NCBI GenBank assembly: GCA_024278595.1
Contig: JAJRSW010000061.1
Coordinates: 4,225 to 68,224 of the forward strand
DNA length: 64,000 bases
Reading direction: 5' to 3'
Origin: Fidelibacterota bacterium
GTDB taxonomy: Bacteria > Fidelibacterota > UBA8477 > JABMPR01
Part shown: positions 48,616 to 57,539 of the stretch, one piece after another
Position numbering within the stretch: position 1 is the stretch's first letter
Layout of the letters: each line of letters opens with the position of its first letter
Program-made: the position numbers and the translations under genes
Notes under the pieces: generated by a model
The model's input: only the letters and a program-made list of their open reading frames with translations
What the model was told of the DNA's origin: nothing
Database searches by the model: none

Positions 48616-50814
48616 GTGAAGATAGCCAATCCAAAATGGAAAATATTTAAACCGTCCACCCTCTTTTTGTTTGGTTTGATGGTGTCTTTTTCGGGACAAG
48701 TCAACGGCCAAAAAAAAGTAGCGCTGGTGCTCAGTGGTGGCGGGGCTCAGGGCATGGCTCATATCGGAGTTTTTAAAGCCTTTGAAGAGTACAGTATTCC
48801 GATTGATCTGATCGTGGGAAGTAGCGCTGGTGCGCTGGTTGGTGGACTTTATGCAGCCGGGGTCTCAGTTGCGGAGATGGAGGAAATGGTGCGGGATGGG
48901 ACCATTGAACATCTATTCATAGGCCGACCTAAAAGATCTGATCTTCCGATCTGGAAAAGAGACGAACTGTATCTGGGAAATCTGTCAGTTGGGATTTCAG
49001 ATCGGCAATTTATTGGTTCGCCAGGTTTACTGGATGATAAGTTGATCTGGAAGAGTCTGTTTTTGCTTACTGCTTCAGCAGACTACCACGCCAATTGGGA
49101 TTTTGACTCACTCTTCGTTCCTTTTCGCTCAGTTGCCTCAGACCTTCGCAAGCAGGCACCTTTCGTGTTTGCTTCCGGATCGCTGGCCAATGCTTTAAGA
49201 CCATCCATGTCAATCCCGCTGATCTATTCCCCCATTCAGCAAAATGGTCAGGTTCTGGTGGATGGAGGAATTTACGTCAAATTACCGGTGGGGATTGCTC
49301 AACGCGAGAACCCGGATTTTATTATTGCGGTCAGTGCTGAAGATGCACCGGATTATGGAGCAGAAGTACAGGGTTTGGGTGCCATGTTCGAAGCGCTAAA
49401 TTCTCGCGTTCTGGCCAGTGGTGATTCAGTCGATGTACGTGGATGGGATTACTTCTTTAGAGTTCCCACGCGTGGTCATCATGTCCTGGACTTTCCAGCT
49501 GGCGAAGCCCTCATGGAAGCGGGTTATCGGGCTGGAACCGAGGCCGCAAAAGAGTTGGTGAAGCTGCTTGCCCAAAACGGGATCAACCAGAGAAAGATTA
49601 AAAGTCGAGCTGTTTACCAACACGCCCTGGACGGGAAGATGTTGGCGCTTAATCTGAAAGCCCAAAATGCTGATTTTGATCCGGAGTTGATCCGCAGAAA
49701 ACTTAAACTACCGGATTCGCTAAGCTTTGATCACCAAAAGCTTGATGATCTTATTGATGAGGTCTACGCCACAGATATCTACCAGGCCGTGATTCCTGCC
49801 CTTGATCACAGCGGCGAAGCCATTACCCTGAGTCTCCAGGAGAAGCCTGATATCCGTACCCGGGGTAAACTGAATATCAGTAGTACCAGTGGCATGACCC
49901 TGTTCACCCGGACGGATATGCCCATGTCGCGTTTTGGCGGGCTGGTCCAGCTTGATGCTGCCTTTGGGAATGTTTCAGGTGGTATGCAACTGGCGGTTTA
50001 CCCGGTATCGTATCACAAAACCGGTTCCCGGCTCCCATTTTCTATTCGTCCGGCAATTGAATACAGTACGCATTATCATAATTATGATCTGCCCGGTGTC
50101 AAACCGCTGGCTGATCGGATCCACTCCCATGAATTAAGCATCCACTCGGCAACCATAGTTGGTTGGAACAGACAAATGCTCCTTTTTGGTGGGGTTCGCA
50201 GCGATGATCCAGGTCAAATTCTGGCGGCTGGTCCGGATTTTCAATTTCCAGAGCAGTTAGGGCAGGCAAGGCCCTTTTTGCGAATAGTCTTCAAGGAGGA
50301 TCATATTAAACGTGATCTCCCCAGTGTAAATGGTTGGAAGTTCGGATTCCAAAGTGACTGGATCTGGCAGGATGAGGTCACGGTGAATAAAAAACATCTA
50401 TGGAGCACCCTGGGTACTGATTTATCTTTTGGATGGTCAGGTACTGCGGCCATCGATTACCATGAGGGTCATCGGTCTCTGCCGCTATTCTCCATGGGAA
50501 AGATTACCAGCCCTAACGCGCTCTCTGAAAAATATTTTATGTATCTATGGGCAGAACAGGTTTTGAATCTATCTCTGGAGACCTCCCATGCTTTTATCAG
50601 GGATGACCTGCGGGCAGTACTTAAATTCACTCATTCCCGATTTCGAGATCCTGTTTGGAGCGGCCTGGACCAATACCAGGACACTGGTCTTTCTGCAGTA
50701 GATATCTCAATAAATTATCTCACGATCGTAGGGAGGCTGAGCCTTGGCTGGTCCTTTTCCCAGTTGGAGGATTTTAATGGTAATTCATGGACTCAGATAG
50801 GTCTCACTTTATGA
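48616..50814 (+). CDS. Patatin-like phospholipase fused to a C-terminal POTRA/beta-barrel region (PlpD/type Vd-like)
   Basis: VLSGGGAQGMAHIGV (GGGxxG oxyanion hole) and GSSAG (GxSxG). A Ser-Asp dyad region follows. The C-terminal ~400 aa are beta-rich. 732 aa, GTG start. Confidence 0.7.
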   Translation: MKIANPKWKIFKPSTLFLFGLMVSFSGQVNGQKKVALVLSGGGAQGMAHIGVFKAFEEYSIPIDLIVGSSAGALVGGLYAAGVSVAEMEEMVRDGTIEHLFIGRPKRSDLPIWKRDELYLGNLSVGISDRQFIGSPGLLDDKLIWKSLFLLTASADYHANWDFDSLFVPFRSVASDLRKQAPFVFASGSLANALRPSMSIPLIYSPIQQNGQVLVDGGIYVKLPVGIAQRENPDFIIAVSAEDAPDYGAEVQGLGAMFEALNSRVLASGDSVDVRGWDYFFRVPTRGHHVLDFPAGEALMEAGYRAGTEAAKELVKLLAQNGINQRKIKSRAVYQHALDGKMLALNLKAQNADFDPELIRRKLKLPDSLSFDHQKLDDLIDEVYATDIYQAVIPALDHSGEAITLSLQEKPDIRTRGKLNISSTSGMTLFTRTDMPMSRFGGLVQLDAAFGNVSGGMQLAVYPVSYHKTGSRLPFSIRPAIEYSTHYHNYDLPGVKPLADRIHSHELSIHSATIVGWNRQMLLFGGVRSDDPGQILAAGPDFQFPEQLGQARPFLRIVFKEDHIKRDLPSVNGWKFGFQSDWIWQDEVTVNKKHLWSTLGTDLSFGWSGTAAIDYHEGHRSLPLFSMGKITSPNALSEKYFMYLWAEQVLNLSLETSHAFIRDDLRAVLKFTHSRFRDPVWSGLDQYQDTGLSAVDISINYLTIVGRLSLGWSFSQLEDFNGNSWTQIGLTL

Positions 50815-52265
50815 TAACTAATGTAAAAAAAGATAGCTATATCAACCAGGATTATCACCCTGGGCGGAATCGAGGGGCAAAGATCAACCACTGGACAAGG
50901 CGCCTCATTCAGTACACATTTGGACTCATTTTATTATCGAGTTTCTCTGTTTTTGCCCAAGCGCAAACCACAGACAGCACCATCGCCCACCCCCATCGAA
51001 ACGCCCTCCTGCATGCGCTGGGGCAACCAACATTTATCTGGGCTGTAAATTGGTATGTTCTGGATCAGATCTGGGCTGATATCAGTATTCAGACGCTCCA
51101 GGCAAATATTGAAACTGGCTGGGTGTGGGATGAAGATGGATTTGATGTAAATCAGCTTGGACACCCAACTCAAGGTGCTCTGGTCTATACGGCAGCCCGG
51201 GCCCAGGGTCTTGGCTATTGGGAATCATTGGCCTATCCAACTCTAGCCAGTTTGATCTGGGAAATTGGGATGGAAAATGAAAGTCCATCCATCAATGATA
51301 TGATCACAACACCCATGAGTGGTGTGGCCTTCGGAGAGATCATTCACCGGATATCGGTACTTACCCTGGGGCCTGGCCAGGATAAATCACTGGCTCGACA
51401 GGTGTTAACGGGTCTGATCAATCCACTGGGATACGGATTCAATCGTTTGGTCATTGGAGAATCTATAAATCAAAATTATCGGGACTACCCGACCAACTTT
51501 CTGTCTGGAATTGCAATCGGCGGTGGCCCGGGATATCATGGGGATTCTGGGGTTGGTAACAATTCTCAGAGACGATTTATCCGGTTCAACCTAATCTATG
51601 GAAACCCGCTGGCAGACCGCAAGAACTTCAAACCATTTGATAATTTTAGTTTTGTGACCATCCTTAATTTTAGTCGTCGTGATTATGTAGGTGAAATCTA
51701 TGCCAGTGGTCTGTTGGCAAGGCTCTATACAAGACATACAGATCGCTCAAAATCATTGGTGGGAATTTTTCAGAATTATGATTTTATGAATCAGGATGAT
51801 TATAAGGTCTCAAGTTCAAGTGTTGGTCCAGGTTTGATCCACGCCTATGCTATCACACCGACACTCACACTTGGCGCCCATGCCAATGGTTCATTTATCT
51901 TTATGGGGAGTGCGGGTGATATAAGTGATGATATGGAAACACGTGACTATCATTTTGGCCAGGGGTTCAGTGCGAAATTCATGGCAAGATTTATGTGGGC
52001 AGAGCATGGACAGGCCTATGTGCGGTTAAAACGGTACTTCATCTATGCCATGGAGGAAGTCCACGTTGAGGGTTATGAAAACATCAATTTGTTAACATCC
52101 GGCGGACAGTTCAATGTGGGTTCACATTACAGCATTGGCGTTGAATACCTGATGGCTGGCCGAACAGTAAGCTACTTGGATATTGAGCGAAAAGATACGC
52201 TTCAAAGAACCAGCTTGTATCGGGTCTATTTAGCGTATAAGCTGGAAGACAGTTTGTTTAAATAA
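50811..52265 (+). CDS. Hypothetical secreted protein (DUF3943-like?), translationally coupled to the patatin gene
   Basis: The ATG overlaps the patatin TGA (ATGA). Signal peptide FGLILLSSFSVFAQA. About 485 aa. Confidence 0.5.
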   Translation: MITNVKKDSYINQDYHPGRNRGAKINHWTRRLIQYTFGLILLSSFSVFAQAQTTDSTIAHPHRNALLHALGQPTFIWAVNWYVLDQIWADISIQTLQANIETGWVWDEDGFDVNQLGHPTQGALVYTAARAQGLGYWESLAYPTLASLIWEIGMENESPSINDMITTPMSGVAFGEIIHRISVLTLGPGQDKSLARQVLTGLINPLGYGFNRLVIGESINQNYRDYPTNFLSGIAIGGGPGYHGDSGVGNNSQRRFIRFNLIYGNPLADRKNFKPFDNFSFVTILNFSRRDYVGEIYASGLLARLYTRHTDRSKSLVGIFQNYDFMNQDDYKVSSSSVGPGLIHAYAITPTLTLGAHANGSFIFMGSAGDISDDMETRDYHFGQGFSAKFMARFMWAEHGQAYVRLKRYFIYAMEEVHVEGYENINLLTSGGQFNVGSHYSIGVEYLMAGRTVSYLDIERKDTLQRTSLYRVYLAYKLEDSLFK

Positions 52266-52278
52266 GTAGAGAAATGAA

Positions 52279-52671
52279 ATGAATAGATCTATCCTGTCAA
52301 AATTAACAGCTATCCTGGCGATTGTTTTTGGTCTAATAACCCTGAGATCCGGTGGGATGACGCTCTTTATTGAAGAGACGCGGGCAGCAGCCGGAGACAT
52401 TGTCTTGTTCGTCCTATGGTCAAACTTTATTCTGGGTTTTGCCTATATCGTTGCTGGTGCTGGAATATTCCTGGATAAAAGCTGGGCCAAAAATCTATCA
52501 CTAGCAATTGCTGGCATTACGTTACTAACCTATGCTGCTTTTTGGATCCATATCACTCTGGGCGGCAGTTTTATAATTAAGACTGTAAAAGTGATGGCAA
52601 TCAGGAGTTTTATCTGGGTTGCCATTGCTTTCCGAACAGTTTGGGCTTCAAAGACAAAAGGTTACAATTGA
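52279..52671 (+). CDS. Small integral membrane protein
   Basis: 130 aa with four TM helices. Confidence 0.45.
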   Translation: MNRSILSKLTAILAIVFGLITLRSGGMTLFIEETRAAAGDIVLFVLWSNFILGFAYIVAGAGIFLDKSWAKNLSLAIAGITLLTYAAFWIHITLGGSFIIKTVKVMAIRSFIWVAIAFRTVWASKTKGYN

Positions 52672-52811
52672 CTCTCATTGAAGGATCGTAACAGCAGAGG
52701 GCGCTGAGAACGCATGGCATAAATTCGATAAAGTAAAGAAGTATAGAGATGTCTTCCTCGAGCCGGAGGGAGCTTAACTATTGTTAGTAAAACCCCAAAA
52801 AGACAGGAATA

Positions 52812-53039
52812 ATGAATATGAAAATTACAAAAGAAACAATTGTCGCAGATATTCTTAAAGAGTATGGAGATATAGAGGATATCATGATGGCCTTTGGTAT
52901 CAAAAGTGTGGGTCGTTACTCAATTCGACGCGTCATCACCAAATTTCTTACCGTTGAGAGAGCGGCCAGAATCCACAAGGTTCCCCTGGATGAATTTCTG
53001 GTGACCCTGAATAAAGCTGTTGCAATGAAGGTTAAATGA
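52812..53039 (+). CDS. DUF1858-domain protein
   Basis: 75 aa. TIVADILKEYGDIEDIMMAFGIKSVGRYSIRRVITKFLTVERAARIHKVPLDEFLVTLN fits the DUF1858 pattern. Confidence 0.55.
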   Translation: MNMKITKETIVADILKEYGDIEDIMMAFGIKSVGRYSIRRVITKFLTVERAARIHKVPLDEFLVTLNKAVAMKVK

Positions 53040-53455
53040 AAAATTTGGTTTCAGTCTTCCTGACACTCCTGATGTTTGCATCCATGTCGCCGGCTCAAAC
53101 AGGTGATCTGATTATTGGCAAGTACCAGCTACCGAACAATTTGGAAATTGAAATTTTCAAATCAGATGGAAAGTATTTTGGGAAGATCATTGGATTGTCT
53201 GGTTTTAATGAAGGACAGGAACAGGATATCCATAATCCGGATAAGTCAAACCAGAATGACCTCCTCATGGGTAAAACAATCATCAAAGACCTTGAATATG
53301 ACAATACTAAGCATCAGTGGGTAGACGGGAGCATGTACGGCCCCGGGAAGGGTCTGATTTTCAACTTAAAGATCGCCAAGGTCCGACAGGATGAGATCGA
53401 GGTTGTTGCCTCCAAATTCCTCTTTTGGAAAACGCTCAATTGGGTAAGAATGTAA
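53036..53455 (+). CDS. DUF2147-domain secreted protein
   Basis: Signal peptide. GKIIGL...DIHNPDKSNQNDLLMGKTII...W.DGSMYGPGKGLIFNLKI matches DUF2147. ATGA overlap with the upstream gene. Confidence 0.6.
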   Translation: MKNLVSVFLTLLMFASMSPAQTGDLIIGKYQLPNNLEIEIFKSDGKYFGKIIGLSGFNEGQEQDIHNPDKSNQNDLLMGKTIIKDLEYDNTKHQWVDGSMYGPGKGLIFNLKIAKVRQDEIEVVASKFLFWKTLNWVRM

Positions 53456-53491
53456 GAAGCGGAGTGGAATTGTACCAATTTCAATCCCCAA

Positions 53492-54070
53492 TTGTCTAGG
53501 GCAAAAAGTTTTTTTGCCACGATGAAATACAGGTTTTCACAAGTAGCAAGAAAGGGGGCTTGTGCCCCGCTTGAGATCTATCACCTGTACAAGGATAGGG
53601 GTGAATGTGAGAACTGGATTGCTGCTGTAAAGGGGCAGTTGCATGCCGGGACAACTATTATGAACCATTTCTGGGGCAGTGATGTGCTATGGAATCTAGC
53701 GGTATTAGCCTACAATCTTACAATATGGATTAGATATTTGATGACCTCGCAAAAAGTGTTTGGAAAAACACGGAATATGTTCTATGTATAATAAATACAG
53801 CTACTTATGGCAAATACACCTAAGCCTATAAATAACAACACTCTGCGTCATTTTGGCGAGCTCAATGCAACGCTCTGCGCGCTGCGAGAGGGACTTTCTG
53901 CGGGGGCGTCATATTTAACAGACAGAAAAATCTGGAGACAGGAACCGGCCACCTTTCGAGCCTGGTTTATTCGCGTGGCTGGCAAGCTGAATTACCATTC
54001 CAGAAAGTATACAATAAGGATGCCCAGGGATTACTACTACAAGGATACATGGTGGCGATTATACACATAG
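53492..54070 (+). mobile_element. IS4-family (DDE) transposase remnant: the C-terminal ~100 aa, then a frameshift, then a further ~85-aa C-terminal fragment
   Basis: YKDRGECENWIAAVK has exactly the Y-(2)-R-(3)-E-(6)-K signature of IS4-family transposases. The second fragment is ...FRAWFIRVAGKLNYHSRKYTIRMP. The N-terminal ~70% of the transposase is absent. Confidence 0.7.
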
Positions 54071-54546
54071 TTACTGAATATCAGGCTCGTTTAGCCCTCC
54101 TCAATAAGTCGGCAAGTAGTGCTATGGGATAGGTGTGTCCGGTCCGCTATATTTGATGGTGTAATTGATAATTATCGAGGAAAACAAGGTGCCGAATGTC
54201 AAAAGAGTAACGGATAATGATGAATAATCATTGGTTCAACCTTTGAAATGAATCAATCAGGATTATTTTTTCAACTCTAAGGCCATGTGGGATTGTTAGG
54301 TGTAATATATAGTGTAATAAAGAGCCACCCAGGAGAGCTATGAAGAAAACGGAAAACTAAAGCTGTAGTGACCATAAAATTTATGCCTAAACTGTTATTA
54401 CTACACTTACACCACATCTGTGGTAAACCTGGGTTAAGTCCTTCATCTGCCTGCTCTTTGATGAGGTTAAGACTGTATTGCTGCCAGCTAAGCAAGATCC
54501 CAATGATCAATCAGCAGAGATATCCGGGAGTATCCCCTGGTAAGAA

Positions 54547-55305
54547 TTATGACCGGCTTAATTCGTAAAGGGCAATGCCCGTGGCCATGGCGGCATTCAG
54601 GGATTCACCACGGCCTTGTTTTGCAATGGATAGTAGGGTGGATTGTTTTAGTAGTTCGGGATCAACCCCATGGGCTTCTGAACCGATGATGAGGAACAAA
54701 CCCTGATCTGGCTGGAACGAACTCAAGGGTGTCCCGGTCATGTGCAATGCTGCGATCTCACCACCGGCATTTTGCCAGTCCTTCGCAGCGTTTTTCAGGT
54801 TGTCACTAAAATGCAACCTCAAAGAACCAATGGCCCCCATGCTGCTTCTCACAACCTTTGGGCTGTAGGGATCCACACAATCCGGTCCCAACAGTATATC
54901 GCTGACACCAAACCATAAAGCACTGCGAAAAATGGTTCCCATGTTTCCGGGATCAGCCAGACGGTTCAGCACCAGTAGGACTTTCCCAGCCTCCGGGGTC
55001 GGCAATGGGGTCGTCTCTGGAATTTTGGCAATATAGATAATCCCCTGGGGACTTTTGCTGTCAGATATTTGATCCAGCTGCAATTTTGTAGCCTGATAGC
55101 TGGATAAATGTCCAGGAATAGCCAGTTTATCAAAGCCCTTCTCAGTGATACAGATTTCGATCTTCAGAGCGGACCTGAAGGCCGCTTCACACAGTCGGAC
55201 CCCCTCAAGGAGAAATAAACCTTCCTGCTTGCGGTTTTTGGTCTGCTTCAAGCCCCGGTAACGGGTTACCTGGGCTTTGGTCAGTGTTTGGGGTTGGTCA
55301 GTCAT
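54547..55305 (-). CDS. TrmH/SpoU-family RNA 2'-O-methyltransferase
   Basis: LVLNRLADPGNMGTIFRSA and IGSEAHGV SpoU motifs. N-terminal substrate-binding domain. Confidence 0.8.
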   Translation of the reverse strand: MTDQPQTLTKAQVTRYRGLKQTKNRKQEGLFLLEGVRLCEAAFRSALKIEICITEKGFDKLAIPGHLSSYQATKLQLDQISDSKSPQGIIYIAKIPETTPLPTPEAGKVLLVLNRLADPGNMGTIFRSALWFGVSDILLGPDCVDPYSPKVVRSSMGAIGSLRLHFSDNLKNAAKDWQNAGGEIAALHMTGTPLSSFQPDQGLFLIIGSEAHGVDPELLKQSTLLSIAKQGRGESLNAAMATGIALYELSRS

Positions 55306-55385
55306 CTGTTGAAAGTCTTTACATTTTCACAACGATTTAAATAAAAATCACGAATGCTTTGCAATTAGTCTTCCTGAGTGCAGGG

Positions 55386-56672
55386 TCAAGATTCTTCACT
55401 TCGTTCAGAAAGACTATTGAGGACGGTTTTGGCCACCTGATCAAAAGCAACCGTTTCCTGTTCGCCGGACTCAAAATTCTTGAGCTGGACCACCCCTTGC
55501 GAGAACTCATCTTCACCTAAAATGGCCACAAATCTGGCCCCCTGTCGATTGGCTTCCCGCATCTGGGCTTTCATGCTCCGGCGCAGGGCATCAGCGTCAC
55601 ATGACAATCCCTGATCCCGCCAGTCACGCACCAATTGGGGTGCTTTTATTCTGAGCTCATCACCAAGCACCACCAGGTACAGATCCAGAACCGGATCGGT
55701 GTTCATAGGCTTGATAGCCTCAACCACCAGCAACAACCTCTCAATACCAGAAGCCCAGCCAATGGCTGGTACATCGTTGCCCCCCAGCTCTTTGACCAGA
55801 TCATTATAGCGTCCACCCCCGCAAATAGCATCCTGAGCGCCCAGGGCATCGCTGGTGAATTCAAAAATAGTGTGGGTGTAATAGTCCAGACCGCGCACCA
55901 GCAGATCATCCTGAGTATAAGGAATTTTCAGATCTTTTAGCATGCTCAAAACCTGGTCATAATGATTTGCTGAAGCTTCATTCAGACATTCCCGGATCTT
56001 GGGCGCGTCCTTGACCAGTTCTTTGTCCTGTGGGGCCTTGCTATCCAGGATCCGCAAGGGGTTGGATTCAAAACGCGCTTGACTGGTCTCAGATAATTCT
56101 GACAGGTGTGGTTTGAGGTAATCTTGCAGGGCAGACCGATAAGCTGTACGGCTTTCAGTGTCACCCACGCTATTGATCTTCAGTGTAACAGAATCAGTAA
56201 TTCCCAACTCTTTGAGGATGGCATAGAACAAAGCGATCATTTCAACATCCTGCTCCGGGTTGGGTGATCCGATGGCTTCAGCGCCAAATTGCCAGAACTG
56301 ACGATAACGGCCTTTCTGGGGGCGCTCCTGGCGGAACATGGGTCCCTCGTACCACAGCTTTTGAACTGGTGAGATCTGCTGCAGGTTATTCTGGATATAA
56401 CTGCGTACTACACCGGCAGTCAACTCTGGCCGTAAAGTGAGGGATGATCCACCCAAATCGCTGAAAGAATACATCTCCTTGGAGACAATATCAGTGTCCT
56501 CACCGACTCCCCGGGCAAATAGCTCAGTTTTCTCAAAAATAGGGGGCCGGATCTCACCATAAGCATAGCGGTTCATCACTTTTTGAATGACAGCTTCCAA
56601 CACTTGCCATTGCCTGGCTTCGACTGGGAGAATATCGTTGACACCTTTAACGCGCTGTACTTTGTCGGGCAT
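55386..56672 (-). CDS. hisS: Histidine--tRNA ligase
   Basis: VKGVNDILP, the class II motifs and full-length HisS similarity (428 aa). Confidence 0.9.
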   Translation of the reverse strand: MPDKVQRVKGVNDILPVEARQWQVLEAVIQKVMNRYAYGEIRPPIFEKTELFARGVGEDTDIVSKEMYSFSDLGGSSLTLRPELTAGVVRSYIQNNLQQISPVQKLWYEGPMFRQERPQKGRYRQFWQFGAEAIGSPNPEQDVEMIALFYAILKELGITDSVTLKINSVGDTESRTAYRSALQDYLKPHLSELSETSQARFESNPLRILDSKAPQDKELVKDAPKIRECLNEASANHYDQVLSMLKDLKIPYTQDDLLVRGLDYYTHTIFEFTSDALGAQDAICGGGRYNDLVKELGGNDVPAIGWASGIERLLLVVEAIKPMNTDPVLDLYLVVLGDELRIKAPQLVRDWRDQGLSCDADALRRSMKAQMREANRQGARFVAILGEDEFSQGVVQLKNFESGEQETVAFDQVAKTVLNSLSERSEES

Positions 56673-56732
56673 GGTTTAGCTAACCTTATTCATCTAATAG
56701 TTCTCAATAATTCTCAAATATAAAATCGGGGT

Positions 56733-56921
56733 CTATCGATACGCATCTTTTCCAGGTCTGATTTTAATAATTGTTATGAGCAGAACATCATCGTGAATCT
56801 CATATAAGATACCATAGCGTCCCACGCGAAGACAAAAATAGTTCAGACCGGTCAGCATTTTACCTTGACCAGATATTGGGTCATTTGAAAGCGCTTTGAT
56901 CGAATCAAGAATGGTCAGAAT
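56733..56921 (-). pseudogene. ParE/RelE-family toxin remnant: the C-terminal two-thirds only, with no start codon for the conserved N-terminal part
   Basis: The minus-strand frame reads ILTILDSIKALSNDPISGQGKMLTGLNYFCLRVGRYGILYEIHDDVLLITIIKIRPGKDAYR*. LRVGRYGILYEIHDDVLLITIIKIRPG matches the ParE/RelE core (G.R.R.G.YRIIY.I.DD.V.I.RI.HR). It is preceded in-frame by TAA, and no antitoxin gene is adjacent. Confidence 0.5.
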
Positions 56922-56973
56922 TTACGTGAGTTTTACATCTCTGGGTTAAAAAAACACTCTGTGTCCCCTGTGG

Positions 56974-57228
56974 CTAATCTTCCCCCGGCTCATAATCAAT
57001 GGCTTCCAAAACAGCCTGGGCTTCAGCCAGCTGCTCTTCTGGTACCAATAAGGTTGCTTGATTTCCGGGCAGTGAAACTGAATGGGCACCCAAACCGGAA
57101 GCCAGCATACTGCGTTTGATCTCACAGGGGACATCCGCATTCTTTAAGGCTTCACACAACATTTCAGCGGTAATATCACCCTCTACTTTACGCAGTATGA
57201 CCCAGGGTTTTTCTGTCGATTGATTCAT
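56974..57228 (-). CDS. Small DUF2007-like protein
   Basis: 84-aa ORF with coding-like composition. Confidence 0.45.
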   Translation of the reverse strand: MNQSTEKPWVILRKVEGDITAEMLCEALKNADVPCEIKRSMLASGLGAHSVSLPGNQATLLVPEEQLAEAQAVLEAIDYEPGED

Positions 57229-57539
57229 GAAGACCTCCCGTTAGTGGTTGAGGTCTAAAATTAACCTAAGAGCTGCTGAAATCCTTGGATAATGATAATT
57301 ATTTTTTTCGGCAGCGGATTGAGCCATCCCAACCTGTCATTGCCAGCCTTCTTTCGCAGAGGATGAGGCTCTTGCCGGTAAAGACAGATCGCCGCGTTCG
57401 TTCCTCACTCGCGAAGACGCTTGGACCCGTCATTGCGAGTCCGTCGGGCGCGGCAAGCCCTCTTTTGTCCAGGAGCCATTGAAACCAGTTTAGTCATTGC
57501 TCAGCAGTTCCGGGGTGAGTTAGCAGAGACCCATAAAAG

